A stretch of DNA of 64,000 bases from Octopus sinensis (GCF_006345805.1 NC_043011.1:4030001-4094000); one strand, 5' to 3'; shown: positions 51,690 through 63,355, numbered from the stretch's first letter. Program-made: numbers and translations. The notes: generated by a model not told the origin, from the sequence alone.

Positions 51690-52170
51690 TGAGGCAGATC
51701 CAGCTGGTTTCTTTCAATATCCCTTAATTCAGAATGAGTGTTGGGCTGATCACTTTGAGTCATAGACAAAGAGACAATCCATGCAGTGGGAACAGTCTCC
51801 TCACCTACTCCACAGAAGACCAAGGTCATTTCATCGGCAGGGAAGGTAATGGCCTCTGTTATGTAAAAAGCTTTGTGTTTACCGACTATCTTCAAAAGAT
51901 CACACCATCAACAGGAAGTACTACGCCAACTTGCCGAAGCACTTATAAAAGGCTATCAAGATCAAATGCCTTGGAAAACTGATGAAAGCAGTCTCGTTTC
52001 ATCAGGACAATACTCCAGTACACAAGTCCTTGGTTTCAATGGCTGCTGTGCATAACTGTAGCTTTGAACTGGTTGATAGCACTCCTTGTTCACCTGATTT
52101 GGCCCCCATCTGACTATTATCTCTTCTCCAACATCAAAAAACACTTGGCTAAGAACCAGTATCACATAAC
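51690..52170 (+). pseudogene. Degenerate irritans-type mariner transposase fragment
   Basis: SAGKVMASV..., HQDNTPVHKSLVSMAAVHNCSFELVDSTPCSPDLAPSDYYLFSNIKKHL across frameshifts. Confidence 0.85.
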
Positions 52171-52407
52171 ATCAGATCTACTGTTTCCAGTAGTTACTTT
52201 TGTAGATTTTCAAGAGAAGTCACTACTTGTCACTTTTGAAGTCTTCTTTGAGTAATCAGATATCAGTTTAGCTGGAAAGAAACAATGCTGTTATTAATAA
52301 GAAAATTGGAATTAATACATGCAAAATTTCACAGCTCTAACATCACTCCTTCATAGTCGGCCAATTAACTTTTCAGCCCACACTTTACATATGTGTGTGT
52401 GTGTGTA

Positions 52408-52446
<39 letters not shown>

Positions 52447-52551
52447 TTGAGTGAGCAAGAGAGAGAGTGATTGAGTGAGCAAGAGAGAAAGAGAGAGAGT
52501 GATTGAGTGAGCGAGAAAGAGAGAGTGATTGAGTGAGCGAGAGAGAGAGAG

Positions 52552-52629
<78 letters not shown>

Positions 52630-52817
52630 AGTGTGTGTGAGACTGATTGCAAATATGTATAAATGCAAAATTATCATGTGATTCATTAAAGGCATTTTGC
52701 TTTATTTAACTTTAATTTCAAGTATGTTTGTCCAAAAATTTACATTTTATCAACTGTTTGATAAAATTAGCCAGTATGCAATTAAGCAACTTTCAATTAC
52801 TCTTGCTCTTCATTCTA

Positions 52818-52862
<45 letters not shown>

Positions 52863-53112
52863 AACCATATCTCGTTAATGTGTGTGTATGTGTGCATAAA
52901 TGTGGTGTGTATGTATGCATGTATGAATGTATATACATACATGTGTGTATGTAAGTATATACATATAAGTTAAAGTAGTGAGGAAAGGCAAACAATTAGG
53001 CAAGGCAGGACAAGGTCATATGTGTGTGTGTGTGTGTGTGTACTTATATTTGTATATATGTATATAGATAGATAAATAAATATCTATGATATATATATAT
53101 GTATTATGTACA

Positions 53113-53144
<32 letters not shown>

Positions 53145-53171
53145 ATAAATAAAGTTAGATAAGGCAGGTTT

Positions 53172-53206
<35 letters not shown>

Positions 53207-53614
53207 ACACACACGCACATGTACACACAGTCACAAATGTACATTAATTTAAATTATCAATTCAAGCCAATGTCGTATCTCCTTTTGTGTTCCCATGCTA
53301 TGCACCAAACTAAACCATGAGAACTTTTCCCTTTGGTATTTGCAATGTTCTTTGGCAAGAAAAAGGGTTCCTGAAATTATGTGCATTAGATTTCTTCATT
53401 TGCAATTGTTCTGTTGCACTAGATTGGAAATAAGTGAGTCTTCTGGAGGAATAGTATTCTTGTTCTTGTCTAGATCTAAGAGTTAACATTAAATATTATA
53501 ACATTTATTGCATTAAATGTATTTTGTTTTCTATAACAAAATAGGCTTTTATCGTTTAATGACAATTCTCAATGTTCACCTCATCAGGAAATTATTATTT
53601 ACATATACATGTAT

Positions 53615-54021
53615 GGTCCGAAAGGGGCGCACCGGGATGCCGAGTCCGACGCCAACGCTACAGCCCTGTACCGATCCGCCGCTTCGCGTGAAGACATGTT
53701 CCGGCGCGACGCCGAGTGAATGGCGATGTGGCCGTGATGGAGTGAGGCAACACACACGGCCCGACCAACCCGGTCCTCGGAGCCAATCCTTCTTCTGAAG
53801 GTACGGATCCATTTTGCCGACTTCCCTTACCTACATTGGCGCTATCTACGAGAGGCTGTACACCTTGGAGACCCGCTGCGGATGTAGGGTACGGACCGAT
53901 TCGAGAGCTGCGATTCGTTACGGACCCAGATTTTCCAGGGCCGCCGAGAGCGCACCGGACGCCACCCGAGATGCGACGCTCTACAGGTACCATTTCCGTA
54001 TCTCCGGACGAGCCGATTCCA
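53615..54021 (-). rRNA. 28S (LSU) rRNA fragment; dispersed pseudogene
   Basis: Reverse complement contains CGTACCCTACATCCGCAGCGGGTCTCCAAGGTG...AATGTAGGTAAGGGAAGTCGGCAAAATGGATCCGTA...GGATTGGCTC, the conserved eukaryotic LSU core around expansion segments D7-D8. Confidence 0.92.
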
Positions 54022-54159
54022 CAACCACATGGTTTCTAGTTTAGTTGCTGCTGTACAGTACCTTTAGGATGTGTGTCGTACTAAAATCCTGGGTTGACCA
54101 AAACATGAAAGTGAATTTGGTAGACAGAAATTGAAAGAATCATGTCTCATTAGTGTTTG

Positions 54160-54480
54160 TGACTAATAGTAGCATGCTGATGATTCAACCTAACAATCCA
54201 AAGAGAAAGAAGACTTTCCATTTCTTCAAAGATTTTGTCTCTCTTTTCTTATTGATGACAGTGTTCTTCGTCCGTGGGGCTTCAGATTTGATATATGCTA
54301 AAATCTTGTCCTTATTCTGTACAATCGTCGATACAGTTGTCCGACTCATCCCAAAAGATCGTGCAATTGCTACTACTTTCTCACTTTTTGCATGATGTTT
54401 CATCATAGCCGGTTTATCTTTCAGCATTATAGCATGACGCTTAGCACTTTCACTATGAATTTTCTTAGGAGCCATTGTGG
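54160..54480 (-). mobile_element. Tigger/CENP-B N-terminal HTH fragment
   Basis: MAPKK...KRHAIML...SEKVVAIARSFGMSRTTVSTIVQNKDKI. Confidence 0.8.
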
Positions 54481-54864
54481 CCAAAAAATAAAGTCACAAA
54501 TGAATGAGAATGAGAAAGCAGACGATAAACAGACAGAAACAAATCTGAATTCAAAACAATCGTGGGAATCATGTACGACAACAATGCCTAATGGTAGATA
54601 TTGGAACTACAGAGCAATATGAGCTCTGAAAGACCAATAAATAAGACAACACAGCTGATATCATGATTTCATTCACTAAGCTACGCTACTTTATGGTGTG
54701 TATCTTAACATTTACTATACATATTTTAATATGATTTTATATACTTTTATTCTTATTTATTGTAACATGATTTTATGTACTTTTAATGGTACTCTAGTGA
54801 TTTTATGATTCCAATATTTGTGGCAGATAGACATAAAATCAAGTAAAATGACTTGTCTTGATTT

Positions 54865-55265
54865 TTCCATATAAACAGCACATGACATTGCAGGTGGGGC
54901 CCAGTTAAAAATATTCTTCTGGTTGAGTAACCCATCCCACTCAAAAAGTCCCTGAATAAGGGTTGTTTAAGGATGTTGAATGAAACTCCCATGTTTCCAG
55001 ATGTGAATTATTCAAACCCCAAAGAATCCCTCTCAACACATGGCTATGATACTCCCCGACTACTTCTGCTCGTGATCAGAAATGCACATATCGTCAGCCA
55101 CTAAGGGACATACTCAACTGGTTAAGGTCAAACAACTGACAAGCAAATCTGTGGTATTGAGCAGAATATTTGCTGTAGCCCATCTTTTATACCAAGACAA
55201 AACAATGTGCATGATAACACTTCCAATCAGTTAAGATCAAAAGCCATGAGAGCCAATGCCTGGTA
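54865..55265 (-). mobile_element. Retroposon family D 5' part
   Basis: Matches 695-1075. Confidence 0.78.
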
Positions 55266-55306
55266 CTGCATCAGAGCACTATTATTATTATTATCATCAT
55301 CATCAT

Positions 55307-55344
<38 letters not shown>

Positions 55345-55649
55345 TATTATTATTATACCCATGCCAGCATGGAAAATGGATGCTGAAATGATGATGATGA
55401 TGTGTGTGTGTGTGTGTATGTGTGTGTGTGTGTATGTGTGTGTGTGTGTGTATGTGTGTGTGTGTGTATGTGTGTGTGTGTGTGAGTGTGTATATATATA
55501 TATATATGTATGTATATATATATATATGAGATTTTTGCTAAGAATTCTTGATACAGTCACAATATTTGCAGTATGAATTTTTTACATTAGATTTTTTTTG
55601 CCATTATATAAAAAAGTATCTTAACAAACAATAATGACATGAAGTTTTG

Positions 55650-55800
55650 GAAATAAATTCTCATTTTGTGTTAAGTGCTTTCACTATTTACAGATTTTCT
55701 AACACAGATATTACGGGTTATGGATTTCTCCATAACACACCTGTTATGCTTGAAAAGCTAAACAGTGAAAGCGTTTCACACAATACAAAAATTTATTTTC
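55650..55800. mobile_element. Palindromic MITE
   Basis: TTGTGTTAAGTGCTTTCACTATTTA versus TAAACAGTGAAAGCGTTTCACACAA. Confidence 0.7.
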
Positions 55801-56185
55801 AGGGGGATCATGTCATTCTGATTTAAAAAAAAAAATTTTCATTTAATTATTAATTTTGAATTTAAGAAAATCTTTTGCAAAAATATATAAACAGTTTCTT
55901 TCCAGATTTGGCTTCTGTTATTAAATGTATGTATATACGTACGTACGTATGTATGTATATGTGTGTGTGTATGTATGTATGTATGTATGTGTGTGTGTAT
56001 GTATGTATGTATGTATGTATGTATTTATGTATGTATGTATGTATGTATGTATACATGTATGTATGCATGTATGTGTGTGTGTGTGTGCATATGTGTGTGT
56101 GTATGCAGAATGTATCTGTCAAAGTAGTAAGGTAGATAGGTTGGTAGAGTGGTACGTAGGTAAGTAGATAGATAGATAGGTAGAC

Positions 56186-56271
<86 letters not shown>

Positions 56272-56500
56272 ACTTTCTTTATTAGCCACACAGGGCCGAA
56301 CACAGAGGGGACAAAATACAATATAGAGCTTTTCGTTTTGAAAGGTAAAAGAAGAAAATAGAGAAAAAAAAGGAGGGAAAAATTCTGATCAAAAGGGATT
56401 GTGTAAAAAAAAAACACCACCAAAACAGAATAGAGCAAAAATGTAAAAAAAAGCATAAAATGTAAAAAAAGCATACAAAAAAGACCATGGTCCAAATTTG
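56272..56500 (-). mobile_element. Probable L1/Tx1-type LINE 3' UTR followed by (TATC)n
   Basis: T-rich sequence ending TTGTCCCCTCTGTGTTCGGCCCTGTGTGGCTAATAAAGAAAG, the same tail as SINE family B. Confidence 0.55.
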
Positions 56501-57164
56501 GATTGAATCATGAAAAATTACATCAATATACCTAATTTGAAAATTTCCAATTAATTCTAAAATTTTTGAATTTGTAAGAGTAACAGAAAAGATCCTAAAT
56601 ACTCTAACTCTATTAGATGACATCTCTGAAGTAATTAATCTCCAAGATATTTATATGACAATAAATATATAACTTTGTCTATTTACATAGTCACTCATTC
56701 ATGACTCTTTGAACAAGTGTGATGATGTCTATGCCTTGCTAATTAGGTTAGAATAAGACAGAATCACGTTGAGGGTTGTCTCACAGAAAAGTTATAATGT
56801 CAGATATTCACTAATATACTCTGTTGGGTATGGACAGCTGGATCAACAACTGGTAATTCAATTCACTTAGCTAAGTAGCCAGTTAATAAGATGTCAAAAG
56901 ATCTACTTTATTAAAAGAACAAGTTTAAGAATGATAGTGAGTTATGACATAGCCATAGAGTTGTACAGCTATGTCATAACTCACTCTCACTCAATCCATT
57001 CACTCTCTCTCTCTCTTTTTATATTTGTCTTTCACTATCTCTCTTTCACACACACACACACACACCTCATTAGCATTAATCATTTCAAATACTTTTTGAA
57101 CTGCACCTGATTAAAACAAGGGTGTCTTTGTATCAGTATTCTGGGTAATGTAATACAAAACAAG

Positions 57165-57203
<39 letters not shown>

Positions 57204-57329
57204 CTGGCCACTCATGCTCATATTACATATTAATGTTTACCAATTTTTAAATCAACTTCAATATATGTCAGTGAGTATACATATAATTGGTTCTGTGTGT
57301 GTGTGTGTGTGTGCGTGCGCGTATACATG

Positions 57330-57500
57330 TAATCATCAACATCATCATTTAACATCCGAGTTCCATGTAGGCACAGGCTGGATGGTTTGATAGAGGCTGT
57401 CAAGCTGGAGAACTGCACAAGACACAAATTGTTTGTTCTGGCATGGCTTCTATAGCTGGATGCCCTTTCTAATGCCAACCACTTTACAGAGTGCACCGGG
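57330..57500 (-). mobile_element. Retroposon family C 3' end
   Basis: CATTTAACATCCG...GGATGCCCTTTCTAATGCCAACCAC. Confidence 0.8.
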
Positions 57501-58045
57501 TGATTTTCATGTGACACCAGCACAGATGTTTTTTACATGACACCTGCACAGGTGATTTTTATGTGACACCAATACAGGTGTTTTTTACATGACACCTGCA
57601 CCGGGTGATTTTTATGTGACACCAGCACAGGTGTTTTTTTACATGACACCTGCACAGGTGATTTTTATGTGACACCAGTACAGGTGTTTTTTACATGACA
57701 CCTGCACAGGTGATTTTTATGTGACACCAGTACAGGTGTTTTTTACATGACACCTGCACAGGTGATTTTTATGTGACACCAGTACAGGTGTTTTTTACAT
57801 GACACCTGCACAGGTGATTTTTATGTGACACCAGTACAGGTGTTTTTTACATGACACCTGCACCGGGTGATTTTTATGTGACACCAGCACAGGTGTTTTT
57901 TTACATGACACCTGCACAGGTGATTTTTGTGGCAACCAGTGCAGAAACTTTTTACATAGCACATGCACAAATTCTTTGTCCATGGCACCAGCATAGGTGG
58001 TTTGTTACATGGCACCTGCATAGGTGCTTTTTCTTGACACCAGCA
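57495..58045. repeat. Minisatellite with a 52 bp unit made of two 26 bp subunits
   Basis: ATTTTTATGTGACACCAGTACAGGTG + TTTTTTACATGACACCTGCACAGGTG, about 8 dimers, then decaying. Confidence 0.93.
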
Positions 58046-58986
58046 CCAGTGGGGTTGCCAGGTAGCTTGCAAGATAGAGACCTTTCAGCTAGGAGTGGGA
58101 GTGCAACTTAGGGTAGTGGCTGTGTGCTAAGCAAGAGGTTTGAGTATAATAGAGGGATAGAGAGAGATGTCTTAGCATTGAGGAGATACTTGGTTACTCC
58201 AATAGGACAAGGAAGGAGAGGAAGGTGGGAGAGTGATAAGGAGAGAGAGATAGAGAGACAATTAGAGTGAGTGAGAGAGAGAGAAAGAGAAATGGATGGT
58301 GTTGGAGATATATTGGGGGCCTATGCACAGGGAAGATAGGAGAGGGGTAGAGAAGTAGCACAGATGAGATAGAAGGGGATGTTCCATGCAAGTGTGAGGA
58401 GAGTTGTTGAGTAATGGGGAAGACATGACTGTAGCAAGTGATGGTGAGAGATATTGGAGTGGCTTGGAGGTGTGTATGGTAGATATGTGAGGGTATAGAG
58501 AGTGTTGAGGCATGATGCAAGTGAAGCATGAGATGGGGAGTGGAGGCCTTTAGTGAGTGGTGGGTGTGTTGGGAAGATGGGTTATGGGTGAGATTTGACA
58601 GATTGTGAATGTGTGTAGGGTGAGGCATAGTCATGAAGGACATACCTGTATGTATAGATGGCCACGATTTTGCTTAGTTTGGTATGTCCCCTCAGACACA
58701 GCAAAGTCTCAGAAATCTCAGTCCCTCATTATCTTCTCTGAGAAGCTCAACATCTGAAGATCATTTCTCAATACTTTATCCCATGTGTTTCTGGGTCTGC
58801 TCCTTTCACAGATTCGATATGTATCAGTCTTCTCTCCTACACACTACATTTAATGCCTCTTACACCTAATTTTTCTCTTAAATCATTTACACTCAACAAA
58901 TTCCATCTGACCCATGCAAGTATGGAAAAGTGGATCTTCATCTTTTGTTTTTTTTGTAAACTCTCTCTATATATCACACGCTCACG

Positions 58987-59790
58987 TGGTCACACATGTT
59001 GATCCTGTCATTTCTTACCACACACGAACTTCTCCACTGGACTCTCTATCTACCCTTTACGGATTCGTGTTTGGATATTTACCCTCCGGCTCACTGTGGA
59101 CTCTACTTTTGATGAGAAATCCTTGCAATACACCACAACGTCAAAAAACCTTTCAACTTTACGTAAAACTGCTATTATTGTCATTACTTTTTTTTTATAT
59201 TCATTTTTATACTTTCTAAACTCTCCGTATAAATATATATATATATATATATAGGGAGAGTTTAGAAAGTATAAAAATGAATATAAAAAAAAGTAATGTC
59301 AATAATAGCAGTTTTACGTAAAGTTGAAAGGTTTTTTGACGTCGTGGTGTATTGCAAGGATTTCTCATCAAAAATAGAGTCCACAGTGATCCGTAGGTGG
59401 GAGAGGTGAGCCGGAGGGTAAATATCCAAACGGGAATCCGTAAAGAGAGTCCATTGGAGAAGTTCGTGTGTGGTAAGAAATGACAGGATCAACATGTGTG
59501 ACCACTTATATATATGTATATATATATATATATATAGGGAGAGTTTAGAAAGTATAAAAATGAATATAAAAAAAAGTAATGTCAATAATAGCAGTTTTAC
59601 GTAAAGTTGAAAGGTTTTTTGACGTCGTGGTGTATTGCAAGGATTTCTCATCAAAAATAGAGTCCACAGTGATCCGTAGGTGGGAGAGGTGAGCCGGAGG
59701 GTAAATATCCAAACGGGAATCCGTAAAGAGAGTCCATTGGAGAAGTTCGTGTGTGGTAAGAAATGACAGGATCAACATGTGTGACCACTT
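58987..59790. mobile_element. Three copies of a ~250 bp (TA)n-flanked unit, one inverted and two tandem; Penelope-like terminal repeat
   Basis: A (+) 58987-59227, B (-) 59254-59507, C (-) 59537-59790; B and C look identical with a 283 bp offset. Confidence 0.8.
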
Positions 59791-59839
59791 ATATATATGT
59801 ATATATATATATATATATATACATATATACGTATATATA

Positions 59840-60085
59840 CAGGATGTTCAAAAAGTCTCTCTGCAGTAAGTATTTTATTGCAAAATAAATATTTATAAGA
59901 TGATGGCTGAAGTATGCTCTGTAGCTCTATCTTGCTGAAAGTATGCATTATTACTTTCACTTTCAGTGAGTTGGCCTACAAATGGGTAGACAACATTTGA
60001 GCAATATCTCTCGGTGTTGACAGTCTCTTCAAAAAAATGCGCAGGACAAAAAAATTCACAGCAGGGGAACCTTTTGAGCACCCTA
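59840..60085 (-). mobile_element. Internally deleted Tc1/mariner element (246 bp)
   Basis: TA-CAGGATGTTCAAAAAG and CTTTTGAGCACCCTA-TA ends; minus frame HFFEETVNTERY...YFQQDRATEHT. Confidence 0.75.
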
Positions 60086-60499
60086 TATTAACAATTGCAG
60101 CATGGAAGGTATTTATGAGTCATTTAAAAACAAATTTTATTTAGTGTTTTCGGCAGTCAATGTACAAACAAACAAACAAACTGCTTTTTATAAGGATATA
60201 AACAGATGTGTGTGTGTTGTGTGTGTGTGTGTGTATAGGAATGTGTTAACAAACAAAAATAGCACTCAATATATTTGGTTACTTGCATCCATTTATAACA
60301 GTTTGACTTAGTTTCACAGGCATGAAGAGTACGCACCCATATTATCAAACTGTCTCCCAAACTGTTTGATGATACAGTTGCATATTCTTTGCATCCACCA
60401 AAGTTCAAGTCATGTGAAATTGAATCAAAATGTATTATATATATAAAACACATTCTTGCTCAGTCTTCGCCTACTAAATTCTACTCAAAAACTATCGGT

Positions 60500-60897
60500 C
60501 TCTCTTTTACTCTTTTACTTGTTTCAGTCATTTGACAACGGCCATGCTGGAGCACCGCCTTTAGTCGAGCAAATCGACCCCAGGACTTATTCTTTGTAAG
60601 CCCAGTACTTATTCTATCGGTCTCTCTTGCCGAACCGCTAAGTGACGGGGACGTAAACACACCAGCATCGGTTGTCAAGCAATGCTAGGGGGACAAACAC
60701 AGACACACATACACATATATATATATACATATATACGACAGGCTTCTTTCAGTTTCCGTCTACCAAATCCACTCACAAGGCATTGGTCGGCCCGGGGCTA
60801 TAGCAGAAGACACTTGCCCAAGATGCCACGCAGTGGGACTGAACCCAGAACCATGTGGTTGGTAAGCAAGCTACTTACCACACAGCCACTCCTGCGC
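60500..60897 (-). mobile_element. SINE family A
   Basis: Reverse-complement full element. Confidence 0.92.
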
Positions 60898-60994
60898 CAG
60901 ATTTTTCTGGAAAAGACACTTGCCACCCTCTAGGATCACATAAAGATCGGATTCTTTAACACACAGCCATGAAGAAGATAATAAATGATTCTGA

Positions 60995-61270
60995 AAAAGT
61001 GAGTGTGCAATCCTAGATGCTGCAGTAAATGGGAGGGTCCCTGCTTCTGAAGCCAATCGGAACAAAACCCTGAAGTATCAGGCCCTGGCAGTGAACTCTT
61101 TCTTCCAATCTGTGGTTTTTGGGACTTTTGGAGGGACTGGCTCACTAACCGCGAAGATCTTGTCATTGTTGGCAGCTGGTGAGGGCGCTTGGCTTTTCCA
61201 ACGCCTTAGCCTTGCCATCTCTTGTGGTAATGCTACCAGAGTGCTGGCTTGTTTCAGTTGGTTCCGTTAA
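60995..61270 (+). mobile_element. CRE-clade non-LTR retrotransposon C-terminal (REL endonuclease) fragment
   Basis: Open frame ...ASEANRNKTLKYQALAVNSFFQSVVFGTFGGTG...AWLFQRLSLAISCGNATRVL-stop. Confidence 0.75.
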
Positions 61271-63122
61271 ACCTTGTGATGTGACACCAATTTTCACTTT
61301 TTTTTTTTTTCTTTCTTCTCTTTCTAACTCCCCCCCCCCACTTTTCCTTTCCCCCCAGCTTTTTGTCTTTCTTTTGTAGAAACTATATTAGATAAAATAA
61401 AGGACTGTTATTTGTGAAATTACTCGATAACAATAATAAATGACCAGTAACTATTGTCCAATAACACCCACAAACCTCGAAACTTAGTGTACTTGATTTT
61501 TAACTTTGAGGTTTATTGGTATCCAAGCTAGTAGTTAGTTAATCTGCGTGAAGATCTGACCGAACGGTGTATTATCCAATATAGCTATTATTTGTTTATA
61601 TCTCATAACAGTCACAGAGAGATAGAGAGAGAGAGAGAGACGGAGAGAGAGGAGAGAAGAGAGAGAGAAAGAGTGAGGATAACGAAAGAGCATGAAAGGG
61701 TATGAAAAGCGTCAACTTTGTATTAGAAAATTTCGTTCTTCTTTGCTGCCATGTATAGATTACAGTTGTCAGGACGACAGTGAGTAAATACGATATTTCA
61801 TCCTATGTTTATATCATCAGCAATGGATGTACCTAACCGCTTTTAATGTCCATGTATTCATTATATATATATATACGCACACACATACACAATTGATATT
61901 GAGTGTTTAGCTTCCGTGTACATATATATACTAGCATTGATAGCTATTTACATAAACAGAAATAACAACATTGATGATAGTTACGAAGGTTAGAGGGGCC
62001 ATATATATGTGTATATATATGTATGTATGTATATAGATATAATTGTTTTTACCAAAGTACGAAACCTGAAAACTGAGTGAAGAAAGGTTGCAGGAAGATG
62101 TGGCAATTTCTTCCACAAAAATGTATCCGGCGTAAAATAAACATAACATCTGGCAATAATTTAATTAACCAAAGAATCATCATATTCCTTTCTGCTTAAT
62201 TAAACAATAAAAGTCTTGTATCTATACGAAGAAAATACCAGATTTGTTATTTCCGTAAAGTTGGGAAACAAACTTTTATAACGGACACAGGACGGTGTTA
62301 GCATTAAACATGTAGACATTTAAATATCGACCGGACTACTTTTTACTCCACATTTATTGAATTTCAAGACAGCTTTTTACTTTTCTTCTTATTTTCATTT
62401 TGTTGATGTCGCTAAATCTAAAACAAGAACCTCCCTAGACAGGTCACGTAGACTCTGATCAAGGGATTTCATTTGTAACTATCCTGTTTTTGTTTTTTTT
62501 TATGTATAAAGTACTACAATATCCGGTATCTCCTTCGTGGCTACCATTCTTTGCAGCCAGAACCACCACCACCCAAACTTCATATCTAAATATTTGATAA
62601 AAAATCCGACTCCTGCGTTCGAAACAACTTCCAAGTCGATCGTTCAATTTAGGAGTTCATGTTGACTTATCAATAAGTATTTAACATAATTTTGTTTGGG
62701 CGGCCAGTGAGGGCTGTTTTTTTTTCTCTCTGGAGTTCGTTTTTTTTGTTGTTGGCTGCGATGGTCGTAGGTTTGCGTTTGAGAAGGTATGATTGTATCA
62801 GATCGTTTAGTTCTCTGTTGTTCATTGTTGTTTTAAAAAGGGTGTGCATCTTCACCGGGAAGTAAATTCTCTAAATTCTTCAATTAAGGAATGATAATTA
62901 ATAATTGTATTGAAATTAGGTACAACTTTTTTTTTGACACCCGGTACTTACTGGTACTTCTTTTCATTGACCGGCTCTTTCAGAGAAAGTCTGTTAAAAG
63001 TGAAACTATTTCTTCGGCAATTTCTGTAAAAACTTTTTATGCCTAATTTTTTTTTTTTCAGTTGAATCGTATGTTCATGTATTTCAGCCCCTGTCAGATG
63101 GACCGCTGGTACTACTTAAGAA

Positions 63123-63355
63123 AAGGCGTCGAGCTAGCAGAAACGTTAGCACGCCGGGAGAAATTCGTAGCCGTATTTCGTCTGCTGTTACGTTCTGAGT
63201 TCAAATTCCGCCGAGGTCGACTTTGCCTTTCATCCTTTCGGGGTCGATAAATTAAGTACCAGATACGCACTGGGGTCGATGTAATCGACTTAATTCGTTT
63301 GTGTGTCCTTGTTTGTCCCCTCTGTGTTTAGCCCCTTGTAGGTAGTAAAGAAATA
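63123..63355 (+). mobile_element. SINE family B, full-length young copy with TSD
   Basis: GGTACTACTTAAGAA at 63108-63122 and 63356-63370. Confidence 0.95.

Noticed and set aside
51375-55265. Two collinear family D halves as one element split by 3.3 kb of insertions
   Set aside because: Their ~20 bp overlap is too divergent for a TSD; independent copies are the simpler explanation.
57495-58045. CRISPR-like regular repeats
   Set aside because: There are no unique spacers, no cas genes, and the context is eukaryotic.
312-60933. Most ORF-track entries (poly-I/N/L/M, YI, CV, HT, SLSV and recurrent MSSNARGTNTDTQ or MTTDAG peptides)
   Set aside because: They are translations of microsatellites or SINE family A copies and have no domain content.
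62330-62945. Possible very old Tc1/mariner relic (TTTTTGACACCCGGTA end, SLDQSLRD motif)
   Set aside because: No matching second TIR was found and the catalytic motifs are not recognisable.
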